This document shows, piece after piece, positions 55,197 to 64,000 of a DNA stretch of 64,000 nucleotides. Every line of letters starts with the position of its first letter. Position 1 is the stretch's first letter. The notes under the pieces were generated by a model. The model made no database searches and was not told the DNA's origin. It was given only the letters and a program-made list of their open reading frames with translations. This DNA is from Octopus vulgaris (Eukaryota), in assembly GCA_951406725.2 (NCBI GenBank), contig OX597814.1:164672001-164736000 (forward strand), given 5' to 3'. The translations under genes were made by a program, and so were the position numbers.

Positions 55197-55442
55197 ATAT
55201 TGTCTAAAGGATCGTGGGTAAGGCCAAAACAATTTGAAGTATAAGCAAGGTAAATCACTAGAAAACAAATATGTGAATTAATGTAGACTTACTTTGTATT
55301 CAATTTCTTGAAAAAGGGGTTATAAACCCGAAATCTTGAATACAAGGTAAGTCTACATTAATTCACATATTTGTTTTCTAGTGATTTACCTTGCATTTAC
55401 TTCGCATTGTTTTGGCCTTACCCACGACCCTTTATACAATAT
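55197..55442. mobile_element. Foldback element (~107-bp arms) with hammerhead-like motif in the loop
   Basis: Arms 55197-55303 and 55336-55442 are reverse complements; loop CTTGAAAAAG-GGGTT-ata-AACCC-GAAA at 55307-55333. Confidence 0.8.
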
Positions 55443-55448
55443 ATACAT

Positions 55449-55497
<49 letters not shown>

Positions 55498-55633
55498 GGA
55501 CGAATGGATGAATGGATACACACACACACATGCATATGTGATATATATGAATTATATAGATATTTAACATATAGTTTTATCTATATATCTTTCTATCGAT
55601 CTATGTATGTATGTATGTATATGCATACACACA

Positions 55634-55696
<63 letters not shown>

Positions 55697-55700
55697 CATA

Positions 55701-55759
<59 letters not shown>

Positions 55760-56137
55760 TGGGCAGGTGTGTTTGTAAGATGCAGATAGAGAAAAAAGGC
55801 AAGAGAATGTATGAAAGAAACATAGAGAAAGTAATATATGAAAGAGCGGCAATAAAAAACGGGAGAAAATATGACAAATTATGATGGAAGGATATCCGTC
55901 GAAGATACAGAGGAAATGTTCTTTGCCTCAAACTAATGGGAAAACAGAGAAAACTTAGGATTTTGAGGAAAGACTCTGGTTTTCTGAATGCAATCACATC
56001 TCTGGTTGTTGCTTTCTCTGTTTCTGTCTTTCTCTCTTTCACACCCATATTTTCGCGCGCACACACACTTTACTGCCTCGTCAAGCTAAATGTTGTACGA
56101 GAAAAATATATTTACATAGGTGTCATATATATATACA

Positions 56138-56173
<36 letters not shown>

Positions 56174-56199
56174 TATACATACATACATAAATAAATACA

Positions 56200-56235
<36 letters not shown>

Positions 56236-56336
56236 TATATACACATACATGCATACATACATACATACATACATACATACATACATACATACATACATAC
56301 ATACATAATACATACATACATACATACATACATACA

Positions 56337-56367
<31 letters not shown>

Positions 56368-56682
56368 TCGTTTCTCATTGTGTTCGACGTTTTTTTTTGG
56401 TGTCCTGTACCCATATATACATGTATATATACGTGTAAAGGTAGGTACGTACATATATGTATATATATATGCATATGTTTTATTTATTAATTTATTATAT
56501 ACATATACACACACACAAGCACATATATAGATAGATATGTATACATACACATACAGACACATGCACACACACACACATATGTACGTATGTATGCATATAA
56601 ACAGATATATATATATATATATATAAGGGAGAAAGCAATATATACATGTCTACACACACACATAAACACGCACACAGAAATA

Positions 56683-56813
56683 CAGGGTGTCCCCAAAAAA
56701 TGTATACACATAGTGGTTCGGCAAAAGAGAACGATAGAATAAATACTAGGCTTACAAAGAATAACAAATTTACAATTATTTAAGGTGTGTATACATTTTT
56801 TTGGGACACCCTG
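56683..56813. mobile_element. Tc1/mariner-type MITE (TA TSD) containing a SINE-B fragment
   Basis: TIR cagggtgtcccc aaaaaatgtatacac / gtgtatacatttttttgggacaccctg; TA at both ends; 56711-56764 matches the SINE B tail. Confidence 0.88.
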
Positions 56814-57374
56814 TATATATTTGTTTGCATATATGTGCGTATGCATGTATGTGTGTATGCATTCGTACATGTCTGTGTGTGTGTGTGTTTGTGTGTGTAA
56901 GATATTAAGTCATTATTAATTCTAATTTGAGATACACACACACATACACGCACGCACACGCACGCACACCTATACACCCACACGCATACACCCATAAATG
57001 TAACATACATGTAATATAGAAGTATAAATATATATAACAGCAGCAATCAAAAGTAGAGAGAAAGTAAAAACAGACAAACGCAGAGCATGAAAGAAAGAGA
57101 AAGCAAAAATGATTAAGAAAGAGAGAAAGAGAGAGAGGGTGGGAGTAAGAGACACAGGGTGAGTGAAGGTGGGGGTGGGGAAATATGGCGGTAAAAGAGA
57201 AATTTCAAAGCCAGCATGGAACTTGTCGTCTGGCTATTGATGTAAACAAGTGGCTGCGAGGACTGCGTTATTCAAAAGGAGGCGTGGAAAATTTATAAGG
57301 TGGCAAAGATAAGTATGTATATGAATATGTATGTCGTTACGTATGTATGTATGTATGTATGTATATATATATGT

Positions 57375-57743
57375 CTTGCTAACCAGCCACATGGTTCCGG
57401 GTTCAGTCCCACTGCGTGGCATCTTGGGCAAGTGTCTTCTACTATAGCCCCGGGCCGACCAATGCCTTGTGAGTGGATTTGGTAGACGGAAACTGAAAGA
57501 AGCCTGTCGTATATATGTATATATATGTGTGTGTGTATGTGTTTGTGTTTGTCCCCCTAGCATTGCTTGACAACCGATGCTGGTGTGTTTACGTCCCCGT
57601 CACTTAGCGGTTCGGCAAAAGAGACCGATAGAATAAGTACTGGGCTTACAAAGAATAAGTCCCGGGGTCGATTTGCTCGACTAAAGGCGGTGCTCCAGCA
57701 TGGCCGCAGTCAAATGACTGAAACAAGTAAAAGAGTAAAGAGT
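57375..57743 (+). mobile_element. SINE family B, 5'-clipped
   Basis: Family B match with (gtaaaaga)n end. Confidence 0.92.
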
Positions 57744-57897
57744 ATGTATTTATGTATGAATGCATGTATGTATGTATGTATGTACGTATGTATATATGAA
57801 TGTATGTATGGATGGATGGATGAATGGATGCACACACACACACACACACATGCATGTGATATATATAAATTATATAGATAGTTAACATATAGTTTTG

Positions 57898-58013
<116 letters not shown>

Positions 58014-58039
58014 GCTGTATGCCTGTATATATATGTTTG

Positions 58040-58120
<81 letters not shown>

Positions 58121-58244
58121 AAATATGTACATATATCTATAGATTTATATATGTATCTGTGTCTATGTACGGCTGTACAGATATTGATGTGTGCATGAGC
58201 AAGTGTGCATATGTGTGCGCTTGTATATGTATGTATGTGTCCAC

Positions 58245-58279
<35 letters not shown>

Positions 58280-58664
58280 TGTGAGTGTGTGCACGCGCGT
58301 GCGTATCTACCTCTCCATCTGTATGTGTGTGCATGTGTATAGCGGATACTTCAAATAGTAATATCTACTTACACGGTAAATTGAAGAATTTCAGAAAAAT
58401 AGGGGCGTACTAGTTCTTGTATACTTTTGTCATATATTAGATTGTAAAGGATTAATAGTTAGATGTGATAGAGAATATTTGGTATACATGTATGCTTATA
58501 TATACACATACACATATAAATGCATATGTATGTATATTCTTAGATAGATTGTCTGTACGCAGGTATATACTTTTGTATTTCAGTTCATATCTATTTATTA
58601 CATTCACAGGTACATATACGTATACACGTGCTTGTATGTTTACTCATATATGTATGTATGTATG

Positions 58665-58698
<34 letters not shown>

Positions 58699-58713
58699 TG
58701 TATGTATGTATGT

Positions 58714-59022
58714 GCCATTCCGTCGATTACGACTAGGAGGGTTCCAGCTGTTTCGGTCAACAGAACAGCCTGCTCGTGAAATTAACGTGCAGGTGGCTAA
58801 GCACTTCACAGACACGCGCACCCTTAATGAGGTTCCGAGGGAAATTCAACGTGACAAGGCTAGCCCTTTGAAATACAGGTACAACTCATTTTTGCCAGCT
58901 GAGTGGGCTGGAGCAATGTGAAATAAATTGTCTTGCTCAAGACTCAAGACAACGCGCTACAGGAATCGAACTCAGGACCTTACGTTCGTGAAACGAACAT
59001 CCTAATTATTAAACCATGCGTC
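58714..59022 (-). mobile_element. SINE with family-C head and family-D tail
   Basis: rc head ..tcttgagcaagacaatttatttcacattgctccag; tail cagccacctgcacgttaatt..ggaaccctc..gtcgtaatcgacggaatg as in the 18078 copy. Confidence 0.8.
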
Positions 59023-59092
59023 TTCACACACACATACATACTCACATACACACACGCACACACACATATGTATGTACACACACACACACATA

Positions 59093-59161
<69 letters not shown>

Positions 59162-59209
59162 ACATATATGAATACAAACATAAACACATACATACATATA
59201 TACATACTC

Positions 59210-59285
<76 letters not shown>

Positions 59286-59409
59286 TAACAGGCATTGTAC
59301 ATACTATACATACATACTATAAATACATATATTTATTTATGCATATATACATACGCGCATACATGCATGCCTATACGCCTTAAATAAATACATGCATGCA
59401 TACATACAC

Positions 59410-59463
<54 letters not shown>

Positions 59464-59680
59464 GATTACCCACACACACCTATATACATCGACAGGCGGG
59501 AAAAATGACAATGTGAAAGTGAATAACACGAAAAGTGTAAAATAACAATGACACAAAGTATAAGGTCACAACTTACCTGTCGTGAGGATAAAAAGTCTAT
59601 GAACCCCAGTTAATTGATTAGAAGTGTATAATAGAGATAGCTGTAGATTGAAATATTATATATATATACGTATATAATTA

Positions 59681-59711
<31 letters not shown>

Positions 59712-60579
59712 ATATGTTTATAATTACATATATATATATATATTAAATTTTTAATATATATGTCTGTGACTATTTGTATATTTATAAATATACATATATT
59801 TATATATTTTATATATAGTTTTGTGTGTGTGTCTAGATGTTGTTGATGTCCGTTCCGTGTGGTTATATGTGTGTATATGTGGATGTTATGTTGTTTTATA
59901 GACAGCAACAAGCTGTATACATCCCACTGCGCACCACTATTTCGTGTGTCGGCTGACTTAATCAAATTCCATATGACAGAGAGAAGTGTTTTTGTCAGTA
60001 GAGTTGAGGATAAGGTGTAGGACAGGAGGAGTTGAAGTAGGAGGAAGAGGAGAAAAGACAGAACAGAGAATACATAAATACATACACACACACACACATA
60101 TATGCATTATATATATATATATATATATATATGTATGGAGAAAGAAAGCGTGTAGACAGAGAGTGTGATAGAAAGAGGGAGAGTAAGCTTGTGAAGGGGA
60201 GAAGAAGGGAAAGTATGCGAGGGAGGATAAGATAAGGGTAAAGCCTTATGTGTAAGAAATGGAGAGGAGGTATGCGTTTCTCTATGTATGTGTGTGTGTC
60301 TGAAAGAGAGAGAAATAGAGAGAGAGGGGGTGAGAAAGAAGAGAGAGATAAAGCATGAATGTATGTCTACACACGCACACGCACGCACACACGCACATAC
60401 ACACACACACGTACACACATATGTCTGAATGAGGGATTGAATGAAAAGCCGGAGAAAGAGAGAAGGAAAGAGAGAGAGATGCAAGAGGGGAGAGAGAGAG
60501 AGAGAGAGCAGAAGCAGGACGTAGGTTTAGTAGGAAGACATACACAACATACTCACACATGCATACACACACACGCACG

Positions 60580-60651
<72 letters not shown>

Positions 60652-60896
60652 CACAAATAATGACACAGTAGCACGCTCATATACACGTACGCACGTTCAA
60701 ATACATGCATACGTATATACATACATACATACATACATACATACATACGTACGTACGTACATACATACGTACGTACGTACGTACGTGCGTACAAAACGTA
60801 AACACTGAAAACTAAAGAGACAAGGTGAAAGAGAATTCATGGGAGGAGGAGGAGGAGGTCGTATTTTGTGTGTGTGCGTGTGTCTCTTTTTCTATC

Positions 60897-61510
60897 GTTT
60901 ACTTGTTTCAGTTATTGAAGTGCGGCCATGCTGGGGCACCATACGAAGGGTTTTTTTTCGAGCAAATCGACACCAGCATTTATTTATTTATTTAGAATTT
61001 TCGAAACCAGATACTTATTCTACTCATTTGTGTTGTCGAAATCGACAAGTTGTGGGAACGTAAACAAAGCAGCACCGGCTGTCAGGCGATGGTGGATGGG
61101 GGGATGGGTAGATGGTGGTGGGGGGGACTTGCACAAATACAAAGACATACGTTTTATCATTAGAATGCGGCCATGCTGGTTCACCGCCTTGAAACATTTT
61201 AGTCTAACAAAATCGATCTCAATACTTATTGTTTTTCAAGCCTAGTATTTATTCTGTCGGTTATTTTTGACGAACCGCTAATTTATGGGGACGGAAACAC
61301 GCCGACGCCGGCTGTGTAGCGATTGTGGGGGTACAAACACAGATACACACACACACACACACATACTCAGAGTTCCTGACTACCAAATTCACTCATAGAG
61401 TATTGGTCGACACAGGGCTTTAGTAGAAGATACTTGTCCAAAGTGATGTGCAGTGGAGCTGAACGCGAAACCATGTCATTGCATGGCGCGCGTCATAGCT
61501 ACACAACCAT
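60897..61510 (-). mobile_element. Two diverged SINE family B copies in tandem
   Basis: gcggccatgctgg at ~60923 and ~61168, each followed by degenerate B body. Confidence 0.72.
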
Positions 61511-61528
61511 GCGCGTTTCTCTCTCTCT

Positions 61529-61608
<80 letters not shown>

Positions 61609-61808
61609 CGTCCGGCATTCGCCATGATAGACCGCTAGCCACTACACATTCTTTATTTTCTCTCCTTGTTTCTTTCTGCGTTCCTTTCTATGGAAGAGCG
61701 TTGGCTCGAAACGTTAAAGACTTTTTCACTTCCCGAGCGTTAAACTAATACATCTGTTTGTTGTCTACACTATCAGTCTTCGTCTTTTGTTTATATGTGA
61801 ATTCTCCC
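61609..61808 (+). mobile_element. (TA)n-embedded ~200-bp Penelope-like element with variant minimal hammerhead
   Basis: cttt-CTATGGA-a-GAGC-gttg-GCTC-GAAAC-GTT-aaag at 61684-61720; homologous to 18453-18655. Confidence 0.7.
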
Positions 61809-61842
<34 letters not shown>

Positions 61843-61843
<1 letters not shown>

Positions 61844-62172
61844 TTTTACTCTTTTACTTGTTTCAGTCATTTGACTGTGGCCATGCTGGAGCACCGCCTT
61901 TAGTCGAGCAAATCGACCCCAGAATTTATTCTTTGTAAGCTTAGTACTTATTCTATCGGGCTCTTTTGCCGAACCGCTAGGTTACGGGGACGTAAACACA
62001 CCAGCATCGGTTGTCAAGCGATGTTGGGAGGACAAACACAGGCACAAACACATACACACACATACATATATATATACATATATACGACGGGCTTCTTTCA
62101 GTTTCCGTCTACTAAATCCACTCACAAGGCTTTGGTCGGCCCGAGGCTACAGTAGAAGACACTTGCCCAAGG
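61843..62172 (-). mobile_element. SINE family B, 5'-truncated
   Basis: Family B match. Confidence 0.9.
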
Positions 62173-62341
62173 TATATATATATATACATATATAAGTGTA
62201 GAACTTAATATTATTAAATAATGCCAATTTGAACCAGTGGTGAGCATACGTAATAAAACATGGTGGGCCGGTTTAATGTCTATTTTTAGCCTACAAGGAA
62301 TCTACTGAGAAGTCTCTCTTATTTATATTTGTATACATGTA

Positions 62342-62416
<75 letters not shown>

Positions 62417-62433
62417 ATATATATATATATACA

Positions 62434-62753
62434 GGCGCATGGCTCAGTGGTTTGAGCGTCGAGGTTGTGAGTTCGAATCCTGGACCGGGCTGCGTGTTGT
62501 GTTCTTCAGCAAGACACTTTATTTCACGTTGCTCCAGTTCACTCAGCTGTAGAAATGAGTTGTGACGTCACTGTATCGCCAAACTGTATCGGCCTTTGCC
62601 TTTCCCTTGGATAACATCGGTGGCGTGGAGAGGGGAGGCTGGTATGCATGGGTGACTGCTGGTCTTCCATAAAACAACCTTGCCTGGACTTATACCTCTG
62701 AGGGTAACTTTGTAGGTGCAATCCCTTGGTCATTCATGACCGAAGGGGGTCCC
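62434..62753 (+). mobile_element. SINE family C
   Basis: ggcgcatggctcagtgg..gagttcgaatcc; tail ending catgaccgaagggggtc. Confidence 0.9.
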
Positions 62754-62776
62754 CGATATATATATACATACACATA

Positions 62777-63097
62777 GGCGCAGGAGTAGCTGTGTGGTAA
62801 GAAGCTTGCTTCCCAACCACATAGTTCCGAGTTCAGTTCCACTGCGTGGCACATTGGGCAAGTATTTTCTACTATAGCCTCGGGACTTGTGTGTCTGTGT
62901 TTGTCCCCCCACCCCACCGCACCACAATCGACGTTGGTGTGTTTACGTCCCCGTAATCTAGCGGTTCGGCAAAATAAACCGATAGAATAAGTACTAGGCG
63001 AACAAAGAAAAAGTCCTAGGATCGATTTGTTCGACTAAAGGTGGTACTCCAGTATGGCCGCTATCAAATGACTGAAACAAACAAAAGACTAAAAGAA
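62777..63097 (+). mobile_element. SINE family B with internal deletion
   Basis: Complete head ggcgcaggagtagctgtgtggtaag; segment after gcctcggg missing. Confidence 0.88.
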
Positions 63098-63132
63098 TAT
63101 ATACACGCACACATAATACATAAACACACACA

Positions 63133-63184
<52 letters not shown>

Positions 63185-63245
63185 TTTGACGAGTAAAAGT
63201 ATAATAGAAAGGAGTGGCTGTTCGATCCATAAGGGCGCGCACACA

Positions 63246-63279
<34 letters not shown>

Positions 63280-63457
63280 CATACATATATATACATATAT
63301 ATATACAAGCACATATACATACAAGCATACACTTTGCGCACACACGTGCACACTCACGTGCACACAGTTTATTCTAACAGAACATCCACGTTTAAGTGGG
63401 GATAAACATTACGTGTCTGAAGGTGTGTGTGTATGTGTTGTGTGTGTACCTGTGTGT

Positions 63458-63504
<47 letters not shown>

Positions 63505-63529
63505 TGTGTGTGTGTGTGTGTGTGTGTAC

Positions 63530-63571
<42 letters not shown>

Positions 63572-63671
63572 GCAGGAAGAAAGAACGGGAGAGAGAGAAA
63601 GGAGCAGAAAGAAAAGTTGACAGTATATGACGGAAGCAGAGCAGGAAGAGTGAATGAGTGAGGGCGAGCGA

Positions 63672-63715
<44 letters not shown>

Positions 63716-64000
63716 AAGCGAAAGAAAGAATGATAGAGAGAGAGAGAGAGAGAGAGCGAGAGAAAGAAAGAGAGAGATGCTGTCAAGGCGGGAGGTGGAC
63801 GAAGCTGATATGAGAAAGCGACGGCGATGGAAGAGGATAAGCGGAACCAAACAAAAAGAAGACGCGAATGAACGGAGATGAAAGGGGATAGGATCGTAAT
63901 TTCAAGTGCAGGGCATGTGCTTGTGTATGTATTTGTGTGTGTGTGTGTGTGTGTGTGTTTCTGTATCTCTCATTCTTTCTCTGTCTGTCTGCCTATCTGT

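Noticed and set aside
59577-59642. Possible ~64-nt minus-strand exon with a CAG/GTAAGT donor
   Set aside because: Lies within a (TA)n-flanked repeat-like island, weak acceptor, no recognisable peptide; needs RNA-seq

Overview
AT-rich, extremely microsatellite-dense eukaryotic DNA with no supportable host exon, rRNA or true tRNA gene. The repeat content is typical of an Octopus (coleoid cephalopod) intron or intergenic region; this taxonomic call comes from pattern recognition, not a database search. Nearly all ORFs in the track are artefacts of stop-free (TA/CA/TATG/CCA/AAG)n tracts. The window holds about 40 copies of four tRNA-derived SINE families (here A-D), an older dispersed repeat (E), six MITEs (Merlin-like, hAT, Tc1/mariner-like), and decayed L1/Tx1, CR1/L2, mariner and Penelope-like coding remnants. 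Most interesting: (1) about seven short elements, mostly embedded in (TA)n, carrying hammerhead-ribozyme-like cores, including one canonical core and one in the loop of a 246-bp foldback; (2) SINE-A inserting as 1-3x head-to-tail multimers with one recurring junction inside the tRNA-like head; (3) head/tail shuffling among SINE families; (4) an internally inverted mariner fossil; (5) a MITE carrying a SINE fragment. Coordinates were read by eye and may be off by a few bases.
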